A stretch of DNA of 64,000 nt, from NCBI GenBank assembly GCA_030141605.1, contig JAQGDQ010000115.1, positions 372,001 to 436,000 of the forward strand. The letters run 5' to 3'. This DNA is from Tubiluchus corallicola (taxonomy: Eukaryota > Animalia > Priapulida). Shown one piece after another: positions 40,401-52,111 of this stretch (the stretch's first letter is position 1; each line of letters begins with the position of its first letter). Made by a program: the position numbers and the translations under genes. The notes under the pieces were generated by a model. The model saw only the letters and a list, made by a program, of their open reading frames with translations, did no database searches and was not told where the DNA came from.

Positions 40401-43400
40401 TTACAGGACAGTTTTTCCTCTCTGGTTACTCATAAACATCTCTATTTACAGGACAGCTTTTCCTCTTTGGCTGCTCACGAACATCTCTATTTACAGCACA
40501 GTTTTTCCTCTCTGGTTACTCACAAACATCTCTATTTACAGCACAGTTTTTCCTCTCTGGTTACTCACAAACATCTCTATTTACAGGACAGCTTTTCCTC
40601 TCTGGCTGCTCACAAACATCTCTATTTACAGGACAGCTTTTCCTCTCTGGTTACTCACAAACATCTCTATTTACAGGACAGCTTTTCCTCTCTGGTTCTC
40701 ACAACATCTCTATTTACAGGACAGCTTTTCCTGTCTGACTGCTCACAAACATCTCTATTTACGGGACAGCTTTTCCTCTTTGGCTTCTCACGAACATCTC
40801 TATTTACGGGACAGCTTTTCCTCTTTGGCTGCTCACAAACATCTCTATTTACAGGGCAGTTTTTCCTCTCTGGTTACTCACAAACATCTCTATTTACAGC
40901 ACAGTTTTTCCTCTCTGGTTACTCATAAACATCTCTATTTACAGGACAGCTTTTCCTCTTTGGCTGCTCACGAACATCTCTATTTACAGCACAGTTTTTC
41001 CTCTCTGGTTACTCACAAACATCTCTATTTACAGCACAGTTTTTCCTCTCTGGTTACTCACAAACATCTCTATTTACAGGACAGCTTTTCCTCTTTGGCT
41101 GCTCACGAACATCTCTATTTACAGCACAGTTTTTCCTCTCTGGTTACTCACAAACATCTCTATTTACAGGACAGCTTTTCCTCTCTGGTTACTCACGAAC
41201 ATCTCTATTTACAGGACAGCTTTTCCTCTCTGGTTACTCACAAACATCTCTATTTACAGGACAGCTTTTCCTGTCTGACTGCTCACAAACATCTCTATTT
41301 ACGGGACAGCTTTTCCTCTTTGGCTTCTCACGAACATCTCTATTTACGGGACAGCTTTTCCTCTTTGGCTGCTCACAAACATCTCTATTTACAGGGCAGT
41401 TTTTCCTCTCTGGTTACTCACAAACATCTCTATTTACAGCACAGTTTTTCCTCTCTGGTTACTCACAAACATCTCTATTTACAGGACAGCTTTTCCTCTT
41501 TGGCTGCTCACGAACATCTCTATTTACAGGACAGCTTTTCCTCTTTGGCTGCTCACGAACATCTCTATTTACAGCACAGTTTTTCCTCTCTGGTTACTCA
41601 CAAACATCTCTATTTACAGCACAGTTTTTCCTCTCTGGTTACTCACGAACATCTCTATTTACAGGACAGTTTTTCCTCTCTGGTTACTCATAAACATCTC
41701 TATTTACAGGACAGCTTTTCCTCTTTGGCTGCTCACGAACATCTCTATTTACAGCACAGTTTTTCCTCTCTGGTTACTCACAAACATCTCTATTTACAGC
41801 ACAGTTTTTCCTCTCTGGTTACTCACAAACATCTCTATTTACAGGACAGCTTTTCCTCTCTGGTTACTCACAAACACCTCTATTTACAGGACAGCTTTTC
41901 CTCTCTGGTTACTCACAAACACCTCTATTTACAGGACAGCTTTTCCTCTTTGGCTGCTCACGAACATCTCGTTTTTCATGGTGATTCGTTACGGTGGTTA
42001 TTTTCTCACGATGACTGGGATTTCTATGCTAATTGCCATTACTCTCTTCGGAACGATACGGAACTTTTTGCCATTAACCGTCCATTTTCCTGAGGTGACG
42101 CTTAAACTCCATTGGGGATGGTGCTTCTGGATCACATTGATAACAGGTGCAAATTAATTTTACGATTAATCAGGTGATGGTACAAAAACGATAGAGTTAT
42201 TTAGTATTTATCAAGAAATGATCACCTGTATTCAAACTTCAAAATAATTTTATTAATTTATATTAAAAAGTTACACACGGGAATACTTGAAAAATGCACG
42301 GACGCTTTTTACACGAACATTTATTTTCAGGTGCTATATGCGTCATTCTAGGCTGTGTTGTAGTTATAATGGATAGCCTATTTCCTGAAATAATACATTC
42401 TTTCTTTGGAGTGGACCTGTTGCATGATTATGACGACTATTATGAAGGTATTATTCATTTGTCATGGCAAACCCATGGACATCAGTAACAGCGTGTTGCT
42501 TTCATCACCATCGTCATCATCATTTTGTCCACCACTGCCATCGTTATTATAGACTTGAGCACCACCACCTTTCTCATCATTGCCATTTTGTTCTCCTTGT
42601 GTTCATCATCAGTGCCACCATCTCAGCCGTTGTCCTGTTCATCACCATCATTATTGTGATGTATACGCTCAAACCAATGTTGCGTTCCTATATCTATGTT
42701 AGTTTATTCTGCAAAAAATACAAATTTTCTGTAGTCTACAATTATTACCTTTACAAAGCTACTGAAATAAGTGCTAGAAAAATAAGTGCTACAGATTACT
42801 ACGTTACACTAAAAAGCTAAAATGCATACATACATTGTTGGTCCAGAATGTCAGTAAAAGGTAGCAGTAGCAGCATAAATTACAAGTCAAATTTTAAAGG
42901 TAACAGAGACGTGTGTACATAACAAAGTTCACATATACAATGTCAGAGTAGAAAAAGTGGTTTAGTTTGTAGAACTACAGTCTAATATATTGTGGCTTCT
43001 AATGCATATACTACCTTGGGAAGGGGTAATGAACCAAAACATTTGTACCTGCAACAATTATCCTTGCCATCATCGTCATTGTTAGCTAGCACCATCAACA
43101 AACAAATCAGACAGAGAGTCAGCAAATCTTTACGACGTCATCGAACGACCTTGCAGTAAATACTCAATCAAACTTATAAAAAGGAATCCAGTTTGCTTGC
43201 AGATCTTCATTATTCTGATCGTCGTGGCTATCATTTTGTATTATCCAAAGTTAGAACGACCAGATATAAAGATACGTTTATTCCATCAGCGGCCAGTCAT
43301 AAACTCCAGTCATTGTAAAATGAGAAACTGTTTTAATCTGAAATAATTTCGATGTGATTTTTATATGGGCCTCATCATTCGAATAAAGATTTTAATTATT

Positions 43401-44177
43401 TTTTATTTTATATTTTACTTGTATTTGTAAAAGCTAAACTTGAATAACCTAATTAATTAATGGATGACGTTAAGTCAGAGAAAATATTTACAGTTAGGAA
43501 ATAATGTTTTTCAGATGCGAAACAAAAGGAGGAGCCTAAAGATTATCACCAGGGTGATGCAAATAACACAGAGAAGGGCAGTGAACTAGAAATTGAAAAT
43601 GTAAGAAATAAAGTTAAACCATGTTGCGAAAATTTATTATACAGGTTTTTTGAGATGGTGCAGTGCACCTGCACCTTGTCAATTATCCATAGTTGCGATG
43701 AACAGTTTATTAAATGGGAAAAGTGGTTTTTCAAATTCTTAATTAAGTAAACAAAATGCAGTGTGGTGAATCAATACTAATTTTGGCGTGCCGGAGGCAC
43801 TACAGGCAACTTCAAGATAATATTTATTCAGAGAATGAATCTTAGCTAAGTTTATTACTAAATTTGTCTGGTGTTTGCCCTGTTTTTCATTTTAGCATGG
43901 CATTAAGAGAAGGCATGGACCCAGCAAGCGGGCCGTTCGTCAGATATCCAATACAAATAACCCTTTCGAAGTAGAATCACACGAAGATAAAGGGAACAAA
44001 GAGGAAATAAATCTCTCTGTTAGACCTCCCTACATGAGAGTGAGCGCTACTATTGAGGATGAACCGGAAACTCCTACACTAAGAACCACTTTTGAGACCT
44101 CACCAGCTCTGGACGCCACACAAACTACAGAAACTGTTGAGTTGGATGACAGTAGCGACGCCCTTTTTGTTCGGTAA
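34491..44177 (+). CDS. DUOXA: Dual oxidase maturation factor (DUOXA / NIP / moladietz family), 9 coding exons
   Basis: In-frame GT-AG exons: 34491-34649, 35837-35894, 36148-36282, 36444-36536, 37634-37787, 41935-42146, 42331-42447, 43515-43600, 43896-44177 (TAA). Motifs LPGIRGK, SIFIGAVIM, ISADIGVKLGLRSVNITL, GTPEEQLNETIDYNERF, KGLPFPILWIAEYFT, WGRYYRQAGYY, HWGWCFWITLITG match the DUOXA family. The exon 6 acceptor is taken as the last unit of the minisatellite. Confidence 0.93.
35000..35330 (-). mobile_element. Degenerate 3' end of a CR1-like LINE in DUOXA intron 1
   Basis: Minus strand reads ...FFSNRIVPIWNSL..., the typical C-terminal motif of CR1-clade ORF2. Boundaries approximate. Confidence 0.6.
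36890..37009. repeat. Compound trinucleotide microsatellite (ACT/GCT/ACC/ACA)
   Basis: Runs of act, gct, acc and aca triplets in DUOXA intron 4. Confidence 0.9.
38721..41969 (+). repeat. 45-bp minisatellite (~72 units) derived from the DUOXA intron 5 / exon 6 junction
   Basis: Consensus ctcac(a/g)aacatctctatttacag|gacagcttttcctct(c/t)tgg(t/c)t(a/g). The last unit runs directly into unique exon 6 sequence (TAFPLWLLTNISFFMVIRYGG). Confidence 0.98.
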
Positions 44178-46941
44178 GCACGTGTTTTGGCAAAGGTTAC
44201 AAAAATAACAGCGTTAAAGTAAAGGAAGCTAACGAGTGAATGGGAAGAGGGAAACAGTGATTGTATGGCAGGATTAATTTAAAGAGGAAAAAAAGGAAAT
44301 TTTTTAATATGTAGCCCAAAAAACGTTCCATATAAAGTTATATTACTTAGTATTACACTTAGTTGCATGAAAGATTTGTGTAATTGGAAAAGAAAATTCT
44401 TACGAACTTAAAATTCGCCACCTGGTAAATGGCACTGCATTATTATCCAAGTGTCCACCATTGATTAGGGAAAATTGTTAAGGTAATTTATACTTTTGCT
44501 TAGTTAGTGCAAATGCTTTGATTCTTTTTTCCAGCTTTACGCAATGTAATATGAACTTGTTTCAAATTAAATGTTAAATTGCTGCACCTAGCGGTCATAG
44601 CGATCATCAGAGTAGTTAATTTACAGGTTTTATACAGCGTTACTGCTACCTGAAGCCTAGTAGGCAATATGCGTGTAAGTGATATAAAATTCCACCGATA
44701 AAAACACTGTTTAGTTGTGCTTTAAAGGGGCATTCACACACGCTCAATAAAATTGATAATAATTTTTGACATTATTATTGTGCTTCTGTCAATAGGATGG
44801 ACTCGATATATTTGGCAACTATATTGTGCACATAGTTGTGTGATTGTATAATAATGCCGTCCACTGCTATGGATTTTCTTGTACTTTTGAGGCTAGTAAT
44901 CAGCTCCGCGTTACTGTTATGCATAATTTGTTACAAAGATTAATACTGTTTGTACTAGCATTGTTATCGGTTTGTAAGTATTTTGGGCACACGGTTTGTA
45001 TAGGCCTGATTTCAGAGCAATAAAATTTCGGATATGTTTAAGCTTTGCGACTAAATTTCACAATTTTTCAGGGGTAGCGGAGAAGACGGGAGAGTCGCCA
45101 TTGAAATCACGTGAGATAAAAATCGTCTGAAAGAAATAAAAATTCTGTTAAATTCCTCATCGCAGTTTGATTAAGCTAACAAGTTGTGAATATTCTATTA
45201 TCATCAATAGATAGTTTTCTTTTGTCCAATTGTTGACTCGAAATATTAATTGCTTTCTTACGGATAGTATTAGTACATCCAAAAATTTACAGAGTAGGCC
45301 TATAGATAATTAATTTATTTATTATGATTAACTATGCAACTAAATTTTTTTATAAATTTCTTAGGTAGATTCTAGACATGATTTGTAAATTATAACATGT
45401 GATAGTGCTATTGCTGGGCTTTGTGCAGATTTCATGCGCAGCTGAACATTTATTATTTTTGTGACAAAATAAAATAATTTTTTGTGTCCCTTTCGTAATG
45501 GCTAGTGCATTATTTGTTCAATGACCAATGGAGACGTAAGCCGCCGTTTTAGTGAAATTGGGGAAGTTAGGGAATTGCCGTTTTGACACGAGTGAAAATA
45601 TACCACCGTTATTTTTTCTTATCGCTGTTTTTGTTTTTGTCTGTTAGCATAATTATGTTGTAGTAGATTTATGACAGGCAATCGTAAATTCTTGTCCTGT
45701 AGCAACTATGTATGGTCTCAAGGTAATGTCGTTTTGATACTACATGTGAACAAGAATTATTAGTATAAAATTATGAAGAGTAAATTAACAGAGTAAAATA
45801 ATTATTAGAATAACTAGAGGACGCAAGAATTCATTACGCAGTTGTGCCAAAAAACTCTGTTATTAATTGTCTTTTTTTAATTTCGGAGTAAGTCTTGATT
45901 GCTTTGAAGTCTCGTGTTGACAAATTGTATGAAATAGCTCTGCAGATGTAATAAATTATTGTGAAAGAAATCTGTCATTTGTGGAAAATGTCTTTTACTC
46001 CTTTCATTTGAAAGTGAGCAAAGTGCGTCATTCATGCACAATGTGCCCTTGGAGATTTCGGATACGTTTGCACTGTCCGAAAACAGCAGTAATGCGGCTA
46101 TTTTGACACCACCTGCATTCCCGTCTACGTAACAACATGATTTCTTAAGCAATCCTTTCATAAGTATGGGAGACTTCAGAATAGAGGAGCTATTTGGCTT
46201 CTGAGTCACCTCTCGTGTTTCCGCGTGGCTTGACAAGTCACTTGCACACGCGAAATCTTACTTGACTCTCCGATGAAATCGTGACTGCCTCATTGCGCTA
46301 TTCATTCAAAACCTGGTGATTAGAAATCATCATGTTTTTGACACACCAAATAGGTTCATCTAGCAAAGTCTTTTAATTAACTGCGAGAAGGTCGATGTCT
46401 TTATTAAAGCGAACTTTCACTAAATTTCTAACGATTTTGTCAACAGATTACAGCACTGTACAATGCGTGCAGTAAGCTGCAAAAGAAAGCAAGGATTTTC
46501 ATGATAGAATTCTTTTTTGTTATAAATAAATATGCTAACAAATGAGAACGCCACAACATAATTAAAAATAAGGCAACATGGCTCATTTTAGTTTAATAAA
46601 TAGCTGATTCAGCGTTGGGTTTTAATTCATTGATTCCGAGTTTAAATTCAGACTCAATCTTCAATTGTTTAAGACAAGGGCAAAAATTAAAACCAAACTA
46701 CATCTTTCCCCCGTGACAGATGATTTAGATATCAAATTCTTTGGAATAGATATACAGCTGTAGTAGAGAAAGGTTTGCTGTCTGGCAACATGTATAAGCG
46801 ATGATGACTAATTCTTAACCATTCATTATTGGCTGCAAGTGTTGTTTAAATTATCATGCTCGTTTACTAGACACTTTGCATAGGTTTTATCACCAACTCC
46901 CGCGAGTCAATCATCGACCAATTAAAGACAATTCGCAGCGC

Positions 46942-47280
46942 TCAGTTTCTTACAGAGCGCATTCACACGGGCATTGCTAGCAACATCGTTACAGCTGCTA
47001 ATGATGCTCATTCATTACTGAAGATGCATTAATAACTTCAATATTTGATGAGTTACCCAAGTCCAGTTCGAACAATTAGCTGCGGTTCACGTGGGACCAT
47101 GCACTCAACTCATACGTGCGGGCTTCTAAGATTGTCTTCTGTCTGTTGTAGTCGCGCAGCAGTTGAAGCTATATTCGTCTGGTTAGGTGTGTCTGAGTTA
47201 TCTCTACCTGCACAGGTGTGGTAAAGTCTGCTTGATTTTAGAAGAGAAGCCAGGGATCAGAAGAACTTGATGTGAAACAT
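46942..47280 (+). other. Candidate 5' UTR exon of the neuropeptide gene
   Basis: Inr-like TCAGTT at 46942 and donor CAT|GTAAGT at 47281. The coding exon starts after an acceptor (49841-49842) only 6 nt before the ATG, so an upstream non-coding exon is required. Confidence 0.4.
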
Positions 47281-49569
47281 GTAAGTTTTTTGTAAAGTGT
47301 TAACCTAAGTGTAAGAACCTAAACAATTGCGCGCTGTTGTGTGTTTATTGTAAACCTACGTCTGTGTTACGGTCCGCTTGTACTGCTAACATGTTTTCCT
47401 TTTTTACTTGTTGCAAATCTTTGTAGTTTTTAAATAATAAAGGTCAAATTGTTTTGTTTAGTTTTATATGAAATGAAAAATGTTTCGGATTTTAATCCCA
47501 ATTTTAAAAGATTTACGTTTTCTTAACAAGCTCGATTGGTATTCAAGAAAGACATTAATTTTTTTGGATTTGTGAAATTAAAATGACTTAAAAACTTTTT
47601 AAGAACTTTACAATATTGAATAAATAACCCAGGGGTAATTTAACTATAAAGGAATTGACAACAAGAATTGTACACGTACTGATATCCGCAAAAATCTTTT
47701 TTTATTTATGTAGAGAAATCTCTTTTAACACTTTATAAATTTGAAAAAATTCTACAAAAATTTTTGAAACAATCTTGCTAATGCTTATACCACGGTCAAA
47801 AATTACTTGTAAAAATGTGCTTCTATTGTTAAGCTTCCCAAAAATATGTGAAATCTTGAGTAAATAACATCCTTCCTTAATTTTTAAGCGTCTAAGCTTA
47901 ATCGTGTCTAAGCAGGTTTCGAGAAATTAATCACAAAGTGTGTTTTAATCTTGTATTTACTGCGAGAATTTAAACATTTTTCATTATGAGGAATTACAAA
48001 GCTTTTTAAATCTTTCTTTTTTGTAAGGAACTAACTAAACATTTTCCATTATGAGGATGACAATTTTTTGCATTTTCAGGTATTAAACGTTTTTCTTTAT
48101 AAAAAAAATTACAAAACTTTTTAAAATATTCTCTTTTATTTGGAATTTATAAATCACTTTTGATATTTTCGAAATTATCTTTAACGAATAATAATTCAAA
48201 TGTTTAAATTGCACGTGCCCGCAGGCGGTGTGATTTTCTTATAGAGATGTTCAACTTGTGTCTGTTGTGAGTTTATTTAAAGCAAATCATTCTACAATAA
48301 ATAAAATGAACTTTGTACGTGAAATTAATCATTCGATATAAAAAATTACACGATTATTGCAGTTGAAAATTTAGCTCATTTGACGGTTGCATATAATACC
48401 TAGTTGACACTGTCCATCAAAAGAATGACATTGAAAAGATTGACATCAAAAGAATGAGATTCAAAACAATGAACTCTCTACACGATCAGTTTTCACTGAT
48501 AGTTACTTTGTGCATAACTATTTGTCGAGGGGTGTTCTCTAATTTCTCTTCATTTCTGAAATAGAGTCAAAACGGCTTGTATGAAAACGAGCTTTGTTTT
48601 AGCATGTGCTGCAGAGGGAAGATTATAACAAAGTCAAAGAAAAAAGAACTTCGGCAAAGAAATGAAACAAGAAGTTGTTATCAAATACTTCGGGAATTAA
48701 AAGCGGGAGCGCAAATGGATTTTTAAATTATATTCGCATAAACATATTTTCACCTCTAAATAACTCAGAAAGAGCAGATTGTCAAAACACCGCAGCTTCG
48801 CGTTTGCAGGTTAGTCGCTGCACTACGAGCTCAAGGTCCTGTGCACAATAAACTGATGTACAACTTTTGCGCTCACGTATTAACAAAAGATAATTTATAC
48901 AGTCGCTTTTTGTTAATAATTCGTTGTTTTTAGTGACACCGCTAAAATGGACTCGTCTAGTTGTTGGTGCGAGAATTACGATTCAGACGAAAATCAAATT
49001 TCACTTCATTCTTGGCTTCCACACTGTCCCTCAAAACTGACAAAATCATAAATGACAGTATTTCGAATGACCTTGTGCACGACCTAACGCTAAAATTTAC
49101 TCAATTTTAAATTAGCAAGTTGCAAGTGACCTACTTATTTGACTTGAAATTTAATAAGGAAAATTGTGGTTTTATAGGATAAAAATTAATCTTGGGTTGA
49201 AATAAATTCATTGGTTAACTGAATGCTTAACTGTTGACAGACTGCTTGACATACTGACAAGTTGGTTGATTAATTGATTTATTGCCTGACTGAGAATTCT
49301 TCTAATACAGCACGTTCCAAAACAAACAATGCAATAAAAATCTGACAAATACGATATCATAATGACGTAAGAACTAGTGTGACGCTAATTTTTCTGACTT
49401 AAATCCTCCTATCATATAATTTGGTGTGACCATACTTTGTTTAATATGGGTATGCTTACGGCATAGTTATGTTGGCGCACTGTATCTTTAGGAAAACCAT
49501 ATTCATTGTTTTTCCAAATGGTTTTTGACAATTCTAGTAGCTGAAATTTTGGACTTTGAAAGTAAGAGT

Positions 49570-49655
49570 GCATCTGTGGTGTAGCGCTTAGCATAGCTGC
49601 CCGGAAAGCGCAAAATTTTGTGTGTTCGAGTCTCAGTTGAGCTGCAATTTTTTTT
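49570..49655 (+). mobile_element. tRNA-derived SINE head or tRNA pseudogene
   Basis: A-box-like TGGTGTAGCGCTTAG, B-box GTTCGAGTC and a T-run. The cloverleaf does not pair properly. Followed by a 40-bp tandem duplication (49661-49740). Confidence 0.5.
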
Positions 49656-49848
49656 AGATTTTTTAATTTGGTCTTGATGTTTTGTCATGCGTTTATGTGA
49701 TTTTAATTTGGTCTTGGCATTTTGTCGTGTGTTTATGTGAGTATATAAGTGGTCGGATAATTACTTGTACACAAAATATTGGAATAATCGCGTCACCTGG
49801 GAGGTGACAGGTCCAATACCTAACTATTTTCTATTTTCTTAGAGAACT

Positions 49849-51326
49849 ATGGTTGATCGACGCAGTACAGTGGGCGTAGCTTTAGCAGTGATCTTCGTTC
49901 TGCAAGTGGTCAGTTTAGTCGCCGGACAGTTGAGTTTTACACTGGGTTGGGGTGCAAACTATCCTGGAGACGAGGTGAAACGTGCGTTATCCGAAACGTG
50001 TCAGCTGAACAGAGACGAACTGGTCAAAGTTTGGGACATTCTTAAGGTTAACTGGAGAAACATTAAGGTTTATAATGTAACAGATAACAATGTGACGGAT
50101 AAAATCCCCTAAATTAATTTAGTACGCAGATCACTTCCCTAACCACTGACGTGTTTTAAGATACAGTATATTATGTGACATTGCCAATCTGTCAGAATAA
50201 TTAATGGTAGATCTCCCCCCCCCCACACACACAGTTGTTTAGATTCAACACGAAGCCTCAAAACACGTACAGCTTTTAATAGCAAATGGTTTAGTGACTA
50301 AAGTTCATTTAAAGACTAATTTAAAAGTTAGTAACAACTGAACTAACACAAGTAATTAGTGCCCAAATACTGAGCTATCGCCTATGTGAGGAATGTTTTG
50401 CCTGGAGCTCTGATTTGGCTAAAATACAACACAGCAGTAGAAGTCGCTACTACCACTATCACTATCGTAGCAGCATCAATAACATCAGCAACAGTAATAG
50501 CAAAAAAAACCAGCACAAACAGGGACAACAGCAACAGCAGCAGCAGCAACAACAGCAACAAGAGCATCAGTAACGTACAGCAACAGCTGGAGTAGTAACG
50601 CTAGCACTAAAGGCAGCATTAAGAGTAGTAGAAACCGGCCTAGTAATTGCATCAGTAGAATCGGCAGAGATCATAGTAACCTAGCAATAATGGTGCTAAT
50701 AACGGCGTTAATGAAAATGTTTAAAATGATGACAATGCGGCAGTAATAGCAGCAGTGGCATTGTTGTCGTCGCTACCACCGACATCGTTGCTGTTGAATT
50801 GAACCCAAAAATTCCTATATGAAACCGTGTGTAACCCTAAATTCTCAATAATTAGACTATTCAAGTCAAATTTATTTCATTCTGTATAGTAAGAGAAATT
50901 ATAACTGTCTATTAATTAAATTACACTCGAATCATTTTACGGACGATTCGGGATTACATATCCGGTTAAAGTTTTTAGAAACTTTTAAAATTCACCTAAA
51001 ATGTACGTTTTAAATTCAGAAAGGGCCATTTGTCTGTTAGTGAGCTTAGAAATAAAACTATAGATCTCTTCAATTTTCTATATAGATGAACGTACGTTTT
51101 TAAATGATTGTATATTAAAACACATTTTAAATGAATATTTAAAAACTTAAATTTAGAAATTTAGATTAACTTAATACCGAAAATTATTGCGTTTTTATTA
51201 TCTTTTCGTGATGTTTAGGCCTAATATGGTATTTGCAAATAGACTAAAAATGTGACGAAATTAATAATATGTTGATGGTTTCTATAGGATCAATATGAGA
51301 AACTGCGATCAGAAAGATGTATTTAA
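49849..51326 (+). CDS. AKH/GnRH-superfamily neuropeptide precursor (78 aa, 2 coding exons)
   Basis: Exons 49849-50046 and 51288-51326 encode a signal peptide (MVDRRSTVGVALAVIFVLQVVSLVAG), then QLSFTLGWGANYPGDEV, KR, and an associated peptide with two Cys (ALSETCQLNRDELVKVWDILK|DQYEKLRSERCI*). Q1-L2-F4-T5-W8-G9 fits the AKH consensus, and the Cys-bracketed tail resembles AKH precursor-related peptides. Confidence 0.88.
50435..50600. repeat. Degenerate (CAG/CAA/TAG) trinucleotide low-complexity tract
   Basis: cagcaacagcagcagcagcaacaacagcaac etc. in the neuropeptide gene intron. Confidence 0.8.
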
Positions 51327-51975
51327 ACCGAAGAGAAAGAAGACGAAGCCACCGTATTCTTCAAAGAGTATTGTCGTTTGTATTCTAACAAGAAAAAACA
51401 TATCTATGTAAAATTTCGAGTCTCAGTAAACAATGTTTACTAAAAAAGTTTGCTTTCCTGTTTTTGTTGATTTCAGAAAGATATTTTTGAAGTCGTAGAT
51501 GGACTGTTTTTGTTTTCTTTTATGTGGGGTCTAAAAACACAGGAAACAACGTTCTGTCTCCATAGCCCAAATAAGGTAAACCAAACCTTTTTGACATTAA
51601 AATAACTACGTTAAGGTTTAGAAACCTGATACACAATAGTTTTGGTTATGCTGTACTAGAATAGTGGAATACGAATAGTTTAATTTGTAGTGGACTAGCT
51701 ATGTGGTAATGATGAGCGCTTAAAAACAGAAGTTAAGTAACACTGGACCTACACATACTAAGCATATGGATGACTGCCAATAAACAATCTATCTGTCTCT
51801 TATTTGACAAACTGCTCTGTCTATTATTGGGGTAAGATATTAAAAATCATTTGCGACAGACAACAGTTATTTACATTCACTAAAATGCTTAAATCATGAA
51901 GATATGTACTTATAATATCTAATTATGAGAAAAATACCAATAACCATCTCATTTCATTGAGAATTCATGATTTTA

Positions 51976-52111
51976 TAGGAATTATAGGACATTTTTATAG
52001 TTTGATCAAGTTTTATAGATAGGAATTATAGGACATTTTTATAGTTTTATAGATAGGAATTATAGGACATACCCCCAAAATATAGGAATTATAGGACGAG
52101 TACGAGCCCTG
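51976..52111 (-). mobile_element. Solo hAT-like terminus with subterminal repeats
   Basis: Four ataggaattataggac repeats ending in gtacgagccctg (reads CAGGGCTCGTAC on the minus strand). The other end was not found. Confidence 0.5.

Noticed and set aside
38721-41969. CRISPR-like array
   Set aside because: The units are contiguous with no unique spacers, the context is eukaryotic, and no cas genes are present.
38892-42093. 678-aa and 437-aa His/Leu/Ser-rich repeat ORFs (HKHLYLQDSFSSL...)
   Set aside because: They are by-products of a 45-bp repeat lacking stops in that frame. They have no ATG start, lie inside a DUOXA intron, and are out of frame with DUOXA exon 6.
42464-42820. His-rich 118-aa ORF
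   Set aside because: It derives from a degenerate (CAT/CAC)n intronic microsatellite in DUOXA intron 7.
45877-46236. 119-aa minus-strand ORF
   Set aside because: Non-ATG start, no recognisable motif and no convincing splice partners. More likely non-coding sequence upstream of the neuropeptide gene.
49570-49655. Functional tRNA gene
   Set aside because: The acceptor and anticodon stems do not pair. Only promoter-box similarity is present.
50382-50595. Poly-Leu / poly-Ser-Asn ORFs
   Set aside because: They come from an intronic CAG/CAA microsatellite, and the neuropeptide's true last exon is at 51288.
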